64,000 nt of DNA from contig CAZSYD010000007.1 in the NCBI GenBank assembly GCA_964611355.1, positions 1-64,000 of the forward strand. Reading direction: 5' to 3'. A program made the position numbers and the translations under genes. Under the pieces are notes generated by a model, which was not told the DNA's origin, searched no databases, and worked only from the letters and a program-made list of their open reading frames with translations. Source of the DNA: an uncultured Ignavibacteriales bacterium (GTDB lineage: Bacteria; Zixibacteria; MSB-5A5; GN15; JAAZOE01). Positions 50,447-59,535 of this stretch are shown in pieces (positions within the stretch are counted from its first letter, which is position 1; the number at the start of each line of letters is the position of its first letter).

Positions 50447-51097
50447 TCATGGCGACGAAAAGGCGCCAAACAGCGCCGCCTGTTCAAAACCCATAAAACG
50501 CATGACCACGAGCATTACCAGTCCGGATATCAACGGAACGGTCATATTATCATCGATTTTTCCGGAGAAGGCTTCTGTCAGAGCGGCGGCCACCGCGCCG
50601 ATAATACCCGCCAGTGTCGGCAAACCGGGGATCAAAAACGACACCAGCGTCACGGATACCAGGCAGGCGGTTGAACCCTCTATAGATTTTTTCCCGATCA
50701 GTTTATGTTTTCCATATAACCGGCCGACCAGAGCCGCCGCGGTGTCACCGATGACTATAAACACCATTGCTGCAACGGCGATCGTTTTCGGGAAAAGAAT
50801 TATGGTACACAGGGAAGTAACCAGTATATAACTCGCACCCATGAAGCCGCCTTTTATTTCATGTTCCCGAATAATGGGAATCAGCATCCATGACAGCCAC
50901 TTCCAGAGCGCCCATTGCCTAAAGCGGGAAATATCAATCAGAATCGAAACGGCCGCCGACATGGCGACCCAGAAGATAACGGCCGGAAATGAAAGAAAGA
51001 GATACCCGACGGGAATAATAAGGGCAAAAAGATGAATTCCCTTTCTGACCATTTCGGCAGGGACAGGAATTTGATTCCCGTTATCCATACGGGTCAA
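50447..51097 (-). CDS. CTP-dependent polyprenol/diacylglycerol kinase family (SEC59/DGK1/VTE5-like)
   Basis: RKGIH, GDTAAALVG, KKSIEGS and IDDNMTVP motifs. Confidence 0.85.
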   Translation of the reverse strand: MTRMDNGNQIPVPAEMVRKGIHLFALIIPVGYLFLSFPAVIFWVAMSAAVSILIDISRFRQWALWKWLSWMLIPIIREHEIKGGFMGASYILVTSLCTIILFPKTIAVAAMVFIVIGDTAAALVGRLYGKHKLIGKKSIEGSTACLVSVTLVSFLIPGLPTLAGIIGAVAAALTEAFSGKIDDNMTVPLISGLVMLVVMRFMGFEQAALFGAFSSP

Positions 51098-52899
51098 CGC
51101 CCTTGAAAAAACCTGGGCGGGGGCAGTTCCTTGCGATATAAATCGCCCAGTCGTTCCCAGTATATCTTTGGCGGTCCGCCCAGCCCGTCCTCAACGTACT
51201 CTTTTCGGATCTTTTCCTTATGTTCCTTAATCAATAGCGAATTGATTCCCGAGCGGGCTTTTTCAAGGGTGGTGGGAAATGCTTTCCGGATAACTTTTAT
51301 CAGGTGGTAGCCAAACTCCGTTTTAACCGGGGATGAAATTCTTCCAACCGGCGTGGACATGGCCGCTCGCCAGAACGGCTCCGGCATATCGTATTCGCCG
51401 ATATAGCCCAAATCCGCGGCGGCGCGCCTGATATCCGGATCGCCCGGATAATACTCGTCGGCGGTCTCCAGAAAATCCGCTCCGGACATAAGCACGTCGC
51501 GCATGTGTTCGGCGAGATTGGAATCTGCAAAGATTATATGCTGCACATAAACGGGCCTGTCCGAAATATATTCGTCAATATGCTCATCATAGTAGGTCTT
51601 GATTTCCTCGTCGGCAGGTTTATAGTCATCCTCAATAAGTCTTTTTCTCATGGTGGCAACGGAATATTTTTCGATTAATTCCGCAGCCCACTCTTCGACA
51701 TCTTCACTGTCATAAAACCCCAGTTTGCTGGAGGCTCGGAGCATGTGGAAATGGACGGCGATATTCGTGATGAGGTCCGCCTTCTCATCCACGTTAAGGG
51801 GACGGGAAAGACCTTTCATCCTCTTATAAGGGTAAACCTGTTCGGCATAATCCTGGTAATAAAGAGTGTCGTTGCCGAATTCTTTATCGTCGGGGTTCAC
51901 GTAAGCCATCGGAGTATAGAGATTATGAAGCGAATCATCCATCATAAGAGAGGCGGTATCGATTACTATGGTTCCTTCCTCGGCAACCGAATCCACAAAG
52001 GCCCGGCTGCGGTCCATTAACGCCTTATCTTTCAATTTCGCTTCCACCTGACCGTACACCGAATCAAGCGGTTGGTAATGTTCCGGGGAATAATCATCGA
52101 CTCGAACCACATGCCAACCATACATGGTTTTGATTATCCCCGAAATTTCTCCGATCGGAGTGTGTTCAACCGTGGAGTCAAAGGGATACACCATGCTTTC
52201 AAGCTGAAAGTACCCCAGGTCGCCGCCTTTTGCTTTCGTATTGGGGTCATGCGAATACATCATGGCCAGAGTATCGAACGACGCTCCTCTAAGTAACTGC
52301 CTGCGCAGATCGGCAATCATCTCATAAGCGATGGAGTCCACCTGTTCATCGGTTTTGCCGAGATATAATACCGAGTCTTCGTCTTTCAAAACATGACCGG
52401 CTATAACTATGTGATGAGCGCGATATTGGTCGGGGAGCTTGTATTCCTCTTTGGCGATCTCATATGAGGCTACCACGGTCGATTCCGGCACGGTCACGGA
52501 GTCATAAATGACGTCGATGTACATCTCCCGCAAAACTTTTCCACGGCGCCTTTGCAGATATTGGCGATAAAGATCAGGCTCGGTGGTCAAGTCAAAGTCC
52601 TTACTCTCTTCGCCCAGAAGGGAATCAAGGAGCATCTGATAGACGGCGTCCAGCGCAGCGGCAGAATCAATCGTCTTAATGGCCGCCGGAATTTGGTTGA
52701 GTTGAAACTGTTCGGCCATCATGTCCGAATCTATGATCAGAAACGGCGTTTCAGCGAAGACGAACTTCTTCGGTCCTTCGGTAGCAGCCGAGTCGGCGGC
52801 GGGCGCTTCGGCAACCGGAACAGTCTGCTTCCCACTCTGACAGCCGAACAAAACAACACCCAGGGAAATTACCAAGCCAAAAGTGATATACCTGTTCAT
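51094..52899 (-). CDS. Lipoprotein peptidyl-prolyl isomerase with two parvulin (rotamase) domains
   Basis: Lipobox LFGC; HHIVI...FDTLA..YS.D...GGDLGYF...YGWH and QHIIF...DLGY...KTEFGYHLIKV. Confidence 0.88.
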   Translation of the reverse strand: MNRYITFGLVISLGVVLFGCQSGKQTVPVAEAPAADSAATEGPKKFVFAETPFLIIDSDMMAEQFQLNQIPAAIKTIDSAAALDAVYQMLLDSLLGEESKDFDLTTEPDLYRQYLQRRRGKVLREMYIDVIYDSVTVPESTVVASYEIAKEEYKLPDQYRAHHIVIAGHVLKDEDSVLYLGKTDEQVDSIAYEMIADLRRQLLRGASFDTLAMMYSHDPNTKAKGGDLGYFQLESMVYPFDSTVEHTPIGEISGIIKTMYGWHVVRVDDYSPEHYQPLDSVYGQVEAKLKDKALMDRSRAFVDSVAEEGTIVIDTASLMMDDSLHNLYTPMAYVNPDDKEFGNDTLYYQDYAEQVYPYKRMKGLSRPLNVDEKADLITNIAVHFHMLRASSKLGFYDSEDVEEWAAELIEKYSVATMRKRLIEDDYKPADEEIKTYYDEHIDEYISDRPVYVQHIIFADSNLAEHMRDVLMSGADFLETADEYYPGDPDIRRAAADLGYIGEYDMPEPFWRAAMSTPVGRISSPVKTEFGYHLIKVIRKAFPTTLEKARSGINSLLIKEHKEKIRKEYVEDGLGGPPKIYWERLGDLYRKELPPPRFFQGR

Positions 52900-52943
52900 C
52901 GCTTTATATCCTATAAGTTTGAAATAACGCTTAAGCTAACAAA

Positions 52944-52971
52944 TTACACCGGAAAATCAAGAAAAAGTTCC
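52944..52971 (-). promoter_or_regulatory. sigmaE-like promoter of the PPIase gene
   Basis: GGAACTT-N16-TGTAA on the minus strand. Confidence 0.5.
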
Positions 52972-52999
52972 GATGCGGCGTTCTTTATCAAATAATACT

Positions 53000-54721
53000 T
53001 TATTGTGAAAACGAAACCGGAACTGCCGGGACCGGCTTCCGCCCGGTCGATTCTTCACTGATTTCACGGAAATACAGCCGGAATTCAGCCCCTTTCCCGG
53101 GCGGCGACGAGAGTTCCACCCTTCCATTATGGGTTTCCATCAGGCGGGAAACGATGGCAAGCCCCAGACCGGTACCCCCCTTTTTGGTGGAATAGAACGG
53201 CAGGAAAACCTTGTCCGCGTGTTCCCGTGGAATGCCCAGGCCGTTGTCGCGTACCATCAGGCAAATCTCTTCTTTTTTCCCCGTCTTGCGGATCGTTTTC
53301 ACTTCAAATTCAATCAGGCCGCCTTTCTTCCCAAGAGCATCGCAGGCATTAACGGCCAGATTAAGAATCAACTGTTTCAGTTGATCTTCATCGCCGGAGA
53401 TATATACAATATTGTTTTCGGAATGAAATCCGATTTCGATGTTTTCATTGAAAGACGGGTGTTGCCGGATAACCTCAATAATATCCAGAATTGTTCGATT
53501 CAGTTCAACCTTTTGGATCTGAGTACGGCCTACCCGGGCATATAGAAGAAAATCGGAAAGTATCTTATTGAGCCGGGAAGTTTCCTTGATGATAAGAAAC
53601 ATCAGTTTTTCGTTGTCACCTTCGAGAAGCAGATCGTTCTTGAGGACTTCTACCGAGCCGGATATAGACGCAAGGGGATTACGAATTTCGTGGGCAATAT
53701 AGGCTGAAAGTTCCCCTACCGCAGCCATGCGATCAGCCTGCCTAATTCTTTCCTCAAGTTTTTTGGCATCGGTGATATCCTGGAAAATCGCAATCAGCCC
53801 GCGAATATTATTATTTTCATCAAACAGCAATGACGCGGAAATACCAATCGGGACCGTTTCCCCTTTGCCGTTAACGATTCCGATTTCCGCGCGCATCAGA
53901 TGCTGATGCGATTCGAGAACCGATGAAAGATGATCCGCCAGAGCAGCTAACCGCCCGGAGAAAATCCGCCGGCAGTTCATCCCGACCGCTTCCGATTCCT
54001 TAAGGCCAAGAATAGCCTCGGCGGCCCGATTGAAATAGATCACCTTTCCTCGCCGATTCACCGTCAACAGGCCCGAATTGAGATGGTATAGAATGTCGCC
54101 CGTCTCAAGCCTGACTTTTGTAAGCTCAACCGAGGCCAACTGCAGTTCCTTATCCTTCGATTGCAGCTTCTGGGCAAGATAACCGGCAATAAACGCGACC
54201 AGATAAAAGATTAAAATATGCAGAAAGGTGGCATAGAAAAGGGTGTCATCGGTCGAGAAAAGATTGCCGCCGGAAGGAAATATTCGTCCGCCGAGCCCGG
54301 CAAAGGAAGCGTTCATCCAGGTTACGGAGGCATACGCAAGGCTGACCAGCGAGGCCACCGCCAGAGTCCCGACCAAGCGATAAACCAGCGCCGCCGAGAC
54401 AATGGTCAACAGAAAAAGCGCCGCGAAGGGGCTATAAAGACTGCCGGTAGTATAAACGATTCCGGCTTCACACAGGATTTCGGTAATGAAATACAGGGCT
54501 ATTAAAAAATAATAAAGAAAATAGACTTTCCACCGGCCAAGAAAAAGGAGCGTTGAAAAAGAAGCCAGAGTAATAAAACAATACGCAAGAAGCGACGCCC
54601 GCAAATATGACGGATAGCCGAGCCAGCCGACAATTACGCCAAATATAAGAGAAAAAGTAATAAGGCGCAACGGCATCAGCCAGGTGCTTTTTGTTCCGGC
54701 ATATATCCGGGCCGAATCCAT
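53000..54721 (-). CDS. pilS: PilS-like membrane sensor histidine kinase with PAS domain
   Basis: About 6 TMs, PAS, AHEIRNPL, NLAVNA, DNG, PFYSTK and GTGLGL; directly after pilC. Confidence 0.85.
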   Translation of the reverse strand: MDSARIYAGTKSTWLMPLRLITFSLIFGVIVGWLGYPSYLRASLLAYCFITLASFSTLLFLGRWKVYFLYYFLIALYFITEILCEAGIVYTTGSLYSPFAALFLLTIVSAALVYRLVGTLAVASLVSLAYASVTWMNASFAGLGGRIFPSGGNLFSTDDTLFYATFLHILIFYLVAFIAGYLAQKLQSKDKELQLASVELTKVRLETGDILYHLNSGLLTVNRRGKVIYFNRAAEAILGLKESEAVGMNCRRIFSGRLAALADHLSSVLESHQHLMRAEIGIVNGKGETVPIGISASLLFDENNNIRGLIAIFQDITDAKKLEERIRQADRMAAVGELSAYIAHEIRNPLASISGSVEVLKNDLLLEGDNEKLMFLIIKETSRLNKILSDFLLYARVGRTQIQKVELNRTILDIIEVIRQHPSFNENIEIGFHSENNIVYISGDEDQLKQLILNLAVNACDALGKKGGLIEFEVKTIRKTGKKEEICLMVRDNGLGIPREHADKVFLPFYSTKKGGTGLGLAIVSRLMETHNGRVELSSPPGKGAEFRLYFREISEESTGRKPVPAVPVSFSQ

Positions 54722-54728
54722 AAGGCAA

Positions 54729-54750
54729 TTGCGGGCCGCCGGGCCCGCAA
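54729..54750. repeat. Perfect inverted repeat between pilC and pilS
   Basis: TTGCGGGCC-GCCG-GGCCCGCAA, with no U tract. Confidence 0.7.
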
Positions 54751-54757
54751 CCTGGTT

Positions 54758-55957
54758 CTATCCGATCTTGCCGATGATATCAAACATCGGCAGGTACATG
54801 GCGATCAATACCCCGCCGATGACCGCGCCCATGAAAACAATAACGACCGGCTCGATCACCGAAGTTAACGCCGAAACGGCGGTATCGACTTCCTCATCGT
54901 AAAAATCAGCGATTTTGCTGAGCATTTCATCGAGCCCGCCGGTTTTTTCACCGACCGAAATCATCTGCGTGACCATGGGCGGAAACACGCCGGTTTCCTT
55001 CAATGGGCTGGTAATTGTATCGCCCTCGGCAATCGATATCACAGATTTCCTGATAGCATCATGGATAACGCGATTTCCGGCGGTCTTAGCCGTAATCTCA
55101 AGCGCCTCCAGAATTGAAACGCCGGAAGACAGCAGTGTGCCCAGCGTTCGGGTAAAGCGCGAGACGGCTGATTTGCGGATCAAACTCCCGAGAATCGGCA
55201 TATTAATTTTTACCTTATCAACCGAAAGGCGCCCGTTGGGCGTTCTCACGAAAAGCTTATACCCGATAATCATCGCCACTATTCCGATAATCATATACAG
55301 GAAATTCGCTTGAAGAAAATTGGAAATGGCCAGTATAAACAAGGTTGGTCCGGGAAGTTCCGAGCCTAAACCGGCAAACATATTGGCAAAAACCGGTACG
55401 ACAAAAGCCAGCATGGCGATCGTTACGCCGGTGGCCACAATGCTGATGACTATCGGATACATCATGGCGCCCTTGACTTTGCGGGCCAATGCGTCGGCCT
55501 TTTCGCGATAAGTCGACAGACGGACCAGGATGACATCCAGAGCGCCACCCATTTCGCCCGCCGCGACCATATTGACATAAAGCTGATCGAAAACCTTGGG
55601 ATGCTTGCCAAGGGCGTCCGCCAGCGTTGAGCCTCCCCCTACCGAGTCCTTGATATTTATAATCACTTTTCGCATTTCGGCCGACTCAACCTGGGCCGCC
55701 AGAATATCCAGGCACTGTATCATCGGCAGGCCGGAACCAATCATGGTTGCAAATTGCCGCGTGAATCTGGAAATAGCCTGTTTTTTAATCCCCGTGCCGA
55801 ATTTGATGTTTAGTTCGACCGATTTTTTGCGGGCGCCGGTTACCAGGATACGTCTTTGCCTGAGTATCCGTTCCAGGTCCTGCCGGCTTTTGGCTTTCAA
55901 AACGCCGGAAACCTGGGCACCGGCCATCGTCTTGCCCTTGTATTCGAATTCAGGCAT
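54758..55957 (-). CDS. pilC: Type IV pilus platform protein PilC
   Basis: FTRQFATM, AGEMGGAL, GAMMYP, GEKTG and IAMYLPMF motifs. Confidence 0.96.
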   Translation of the reverse strand: MPEFEYKGKTMAGAQVSGVLKAKSRQDLERILRQRRILVTGARKKSVELNIKFGTGIKKQAISRFTRQFATMIGSGLPMIQCLDILAAQVESAEMRKVIINIKDSVGGGSTLADALGKHPKVFDQLYVNMVAAGEMGGALDVILVRLSTYREKADALARKVKGAMMYPIVISIVATGVTIAMLAFVVPVFANMFAGLGSELPGPTLFILAISNFLQANFLYMIIGIVAMIIGYKLFVRTPNGRLSVDKVKINMPILGSLIRKSAVSRFTRTLGTLLSSGVSILEALEITAKTAGNRVIHDAIRKSVISIAEGDTITSPLKETGVFPPMVTQMISVGEKTGGLDEMLSKIADFYDEEVDTAVSALTSVIEPVVIVFMGAVIGGVLIAMYLPMFDIIGKIG

Positions 55958-55969
55958 CTATTCCACTCC

Positions 55970-57046
55970 TTAAGTAAACGCAGGGGAAGGCTGTTTGGAC
56001 AGGATTTCATTCAACTCCTGCTGATTGCTGCTGCGAGCCATGCAATCGTTGAGTGTTATCCTGCCGGCTCGATAAAGCTCCGCCAGCGACATGTTCATCG
56101 TTCGCATGCCATATTTCTGACCCGACTGAATCATGCTGTATATCTGGTGGATTTTATCATCCCGAATAATGGCCCGTATCGCCGGAGTACAAACCAGAAT
56201 CTCGAGCGCCAGCGCTCTTCCTCCGCCTATCCTGGGAACCAACTGCTGGGCGATAATGGCCTGAAGAGTAAACGAGAGTGTTACCCGAATCTGCTCCTGC
56301 TGGTTGGTTGGGAATACGTCGATGATGCGGTTGATCGTTTCCGGAGCCGAGTTGGTATGCAGCGTGGCAAAAGCCAGATGCCCCGTCTCGGAAATCGTCA
56401 GAGCCGCCTCAATCGTTTCCAGGTCACGCATCTCGCCAATCAGAACCACGTCCGGATCTTCACGGAGAGCATACTTTAAGGCGGAGGCGAACGATGGGGT
56501 ATCGGAATACACTTCGCGCTGATTAACAAGGCAGTTGTTATGACGATGGAGATATTCAATCGGGTCTTCGACGGTTATTATATGGCCATAACGTTCGCGG
56601 TTGATTTTATCTATAATGGAAGCCAGGGTTGTCGATTTACCGGAACCGGTCGGTCCAGTAACCAGAATCAGCCCGCGAGGAAGATTGGCGAGATCGGCCA
56701 CTACCCTGGGCAGGCCGAGTTCTTCGAAGCTCATGATCTTGAATGGTATCTGCCTGATAGCGGTGGCGATGTTTCCCCGTTGAAGGAAGATATTGGCCCG
56801 GAAACGACTCAGTCTCTCAATTCCAAAAGAAAGATCCAGCTCGCCTTTTTCCTCAAACTTTTTCCTTTGTTTTTCGTTCATGATACTATAGGCGAGCTTC
56901 ATAGTCATTTCCGAGGTCAAAATTTCATGCTCTGTTCGGACCAGCTTACCGTCAATTCTTATTTGAGGCGGGGTTCCAACAGTCAGATGCAAATCCGAGG
57001 CTCTCCGTTTCACCATTTCTTCAAGAAGATCATGCAGGCCTACCAT
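55970..57046 (-). CDS. pilT: Type IV pilus retraction ATPase PilT
   Basis: GPTGSGKST, LREDPD, ETGHLAFATLH and AIRAIIRD (AIRNLIRE-like). Confidence 0.96.
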   Translation of the reverse strand: MVGLHDLLEEMVKRRASDLHLTVGTPPQIRIDGKLVRTEHEILTSEMTMKLAYSIMNEKQRKKFEEKGELDLSFGIERLSRFRANIFLQRGNIATAIRQIPFKIMSFEELGLPRVVADLANLPRGLILVTGPTGSGKSTTLASIIDKINRERYGHIITVEDPIEYLHRHNNCLVNQREVYSDTPSFASALKYALREDPDVVLIGEMRDLETIEAALTISETGHLAFATLHTNSAPETINRIIDVFPTNQQEQIRVTLSFTLQAIIAQQLVPRIGGGRALALEILVCTPAIRAIIRDDKIHQIYSMIQSGQKYGMRTMNMSLAELYRAGRITLNDCMARSSNQQELNEILSKQPSPAFT

Positions 57047-57106
57047 TATTTCTCCCTTGGACAAAAAGGTAGTTCGACCGATTTATTACCGGGCACGTCA
57101 TATATA

Positions 57107-57133
57107 TTATCGGAAAAAACGATTAAAACCTTA
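57107..57133 (-). promoter_or_regulatory. sigma28(FliA)-like promoter upstream of pilT
   Basis: TAAG-N15-TCCGATAA on the minus strand. Confidence 0.6.
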
Positions 57134-57260
57134 AGCTCCCATACAGGTTGCAGTTGCGCTTATCTTTTTGACTGCAAACAAGATATTGAGTCAAGAAGAA
57201 ATGCAGAGACTTAATCGCTTAATTGCAATCGGATTATGGCAATGTATGATTTATGACCGA

Positions 57261-58964
57261 TCAACCGGTTCCGGTTATAGCGAAAACCTCTTTCAGGTCG
57301 ATCAGGCCAGTCATCAATTTGCCAACGGCAGCCGCGCGAAGAGTAAGCATCCCCTCTTCAATGGCTTTATCTCTTATTTCAACGTCGGTGGCCCGAGTCA
57401 GAATTAATTGTTCTATGGCCGGAGTGATCGGCATCACTTCGAAAATACCGTTTCGACCCGACCGTCCCGTCCCGTTGCACTCGTTACATCCCGGGGATTC
57501 AAAAACATCCCGGGTTGTTATATAATGTTCAGGGACATCAAGTGCCTTAATATCATCATCCGTTAATTTGTAGGGACGTTTGCAACTGGGGCAGAGCATT
57601 TTGGTCATTCTTTGGGCCATAATCAGCCGTGTGGCCGAGGATACCAGGTAATTGGGAATGCCCATATCAATCAGGCGGTTGATTGATGACGGGGCGTCAT
57701 TAGTATGCAGCGTCGAGAACACCAGGTGGCCGGTGAGAGCTGCGCGGATGGCGATCTCGGCTGTTTCACCGTCGCGGATCTCACCAACCATAATAACGTC
57801 CGGGTCCTGGCGCAAAAACGACCGCAGGGCGGAGGCAAATGTCAACCCTATATCCGACCTGACGAGTACCTGATTGATGCCGTCGAAATTGAACTCGACC
57901 GGGTCCTCGACGGTCATAATATTAATATCATCATTATTGATCTGCTTCAGCGCCGAATAAAGGGTGGTCGTCTTACCTGAACCGGTCGGGCCGGTTACCA
58001 GAATAATACCGAACGGAAGTTTGATCGCTCCGGAGAATCGGTCCAGCGCCTTGGGAGTGAATCCCAGTTTGGTCATATCGACTTTCAGAGCCTCAGGATC
58101 AAGGATTCGCATGACGACTTTTTCACCGAAAATCGTGGGTAAAATGGAAACTCGCAAATCGACCGGTCGCCGGTCGAGCTTGATCTTTATACGGCCGTCC
58201 TGGGGCAGGCGCCGTTCGGAGATGTCGAGATCCGACATAATCTTTACGCGCGAAATAATAGCCGCCCGGTACTTGAACGGCAGGGGAGCCATTTCGCGGA
58301 GAGTACCGTCAATGCGGTAACGAACCCGTATTCGTTTCTCATACATTTCGATATGGATATCCGAGGCTTCCATTCGCACGGCGTCTTTAATAATCGAATC
58401 AACCAGTCTGACCAGCGGCTTGTCCTGGACAACCGACTCAAGGTCAGTGGCGGAAAGATCCTCATCCTCGGTCGAGACGATCTCCAACTCTTCATCATCT
58501 TCCAGACCTTTAAGGATTTCGCTGACGTCTTCTTCACTACCGCGGTAGTATGTGTCTATCGATTTTTCAATCGACTTCTCAGGCGAGATTACCGGTTGAA
58601 CGTTACATCCGGTGATAAACTTAACGGCGTCCAGCACATAGATATTGTTTGGGTCGGCGATGGCGACGATAAGCGTCTTGCCCATTTTGGAAACGGCAAT
58701 GACATTGAATTTCCGGGCAATATCAAGCGGGATCAGCTTGACGACTTCGGGGTTAAGCTCCACGTCACTGAGACGCAGCGAGCCCATATTGAGTTGCCTG
58801 CCGATGAAGTCAGCCAGGTCATCTTCGGAGGTGACGGCTCCGATTTCAACAAGAGCCCGTTCAAACTTCGAGTTTTTGCCACCCCTTAAGGCAAGCGCTT
58901 TATCCAGTTGCTCCTGAGTAATCTTGCCGGCTTTCACCAGCATGGCACCTAACTCAGCGGACAT
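57261..58964 (-). CDS. pilB: Type IV pilus assembly ATPase PilB
   Basis: LGAML N-terminus, ASDIH, ERRLPQDG, GPTGSGKTT, RQDPD and the tetra-Cys Zn motif (CPSC...CNEC). Confidence 0.96.
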   Translation of the reverse strand: MSAELGAMLVKAGKITQEQLDKALALRGGKNSKFERALVEIGAVTSEDDLADFIGRQLNMGSLRLSDVELNPEVVKLIPLDIARKFNVIAVSKMGKTLIVAIADPNNIYVLDAVKFITGCNVQPVISPEKSIEKSIDTYYRGSEEDVSEILKGLEDDEELEIVSTEDEDLSATDLESVVQDKPLVRLVDSIIKDAVRMEASDIHIEMYEKRIRVRYRIDGTLREMAPLPFKYRAAIISRVKIMSDLDISERRLPQDGRIKIKLDRRPVDLRVSILPTIFGEKVVMRILDPEALKVDMTKLGFTPKALDRFSGAIKLPFGIILVTGPTGSGKTTTLYSALKQINNDDINIMTVEDPVEFNFDGINQVLVRSDIGLTFASALRSFLRQDPDVIMVGEIRDGETAEIAIRAALTGHLVFSTLHTNDAPSSINRLIDMGIPNYLVSSATRLIMAQRMTKMLCPSCKRPYKLTDDDIKALDVPEHYITTRDVFESPGCNECNGTGRSGRNGIFEVMPITPAIEQLILTRATDVEIRDKAIEEGMLTLRAAAVGKLMTGLIDLKEVFAITGTG

Positions 58965-59030
58965 TCATTTACCCCTACCATATTTCATCGATGCAAAGGC
59001 GGCCTGTGTAAGGCTTTTTCGGATTACCCG

Positions 59031-59519
59031 TTAGTCCTTGAAGATATCGTCGAGCTTGTCGCCGGCCGAGGCGGCAAAATCAGCCGAGACCCCGGGTTGT
59101 TCCTGCTGGGACCTGTCGGTAAAGCTGGTAAATATCTTGGCCAATTCGCTCGAGGTCTCCTTGGCATACAGACGAACCATCCCGATTGTGGTCCGATCAT
59201 CGAAGATCACCACCAGAATCGACCGCTCACCGACCAGGGACATATGAATATGGTCTTTCTTCCCCTGGTGGAACAACACGGAAAACTCCGTCTCGCCGAC
59301 CAGCCTGGCGATTTCCCTGGTGGAAGCGAAAGATCCGGCCAGCAGAGCTGCCAGGGCCGTCGTGTCCAGGGAATGTGTAAAACCCTGGCGCGTTATAAGA
59401 TGCCCGTCTTTATCCACCAGGAGGGCGCATTTTGCTTCCGCCCCCTTAAGCAGCTTGGTCAGCAGGGAGTCTATCCGAATAATCTCTTCCTCGTAAATAA
59501 TCAGCGCATCTTCACTCAC
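59031..59519 (-). CDS. mglB: MglB-type roadblock/LC7 protein (GAP)
   Basis: IYEEE..., LLVDKDG, LDTTALAAL.AG, IFDDRTTIGMVRL and a C-terminal LDDIF helix; closely follows the Myxococcus MglB pattern as I recall it. Confidence 0.88.
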   Translation of the reverse strand: MSEDALIIYEEEIIRIDSLLTKLLKGAEAKCALLVDKDGHLITRQGFTHSLDTTALAALLAGSFASTREIARLVGETEFSVLFHQGKKDHIHMSLVGERSILVVIFDDRTTIGMVRLYAKETSSELAKIFTSFTDRSQQEQPGVSADFAASAGDKLDDIFKD

Positions 59520-59535
59520 GGAGGTTTCCTCCTAC

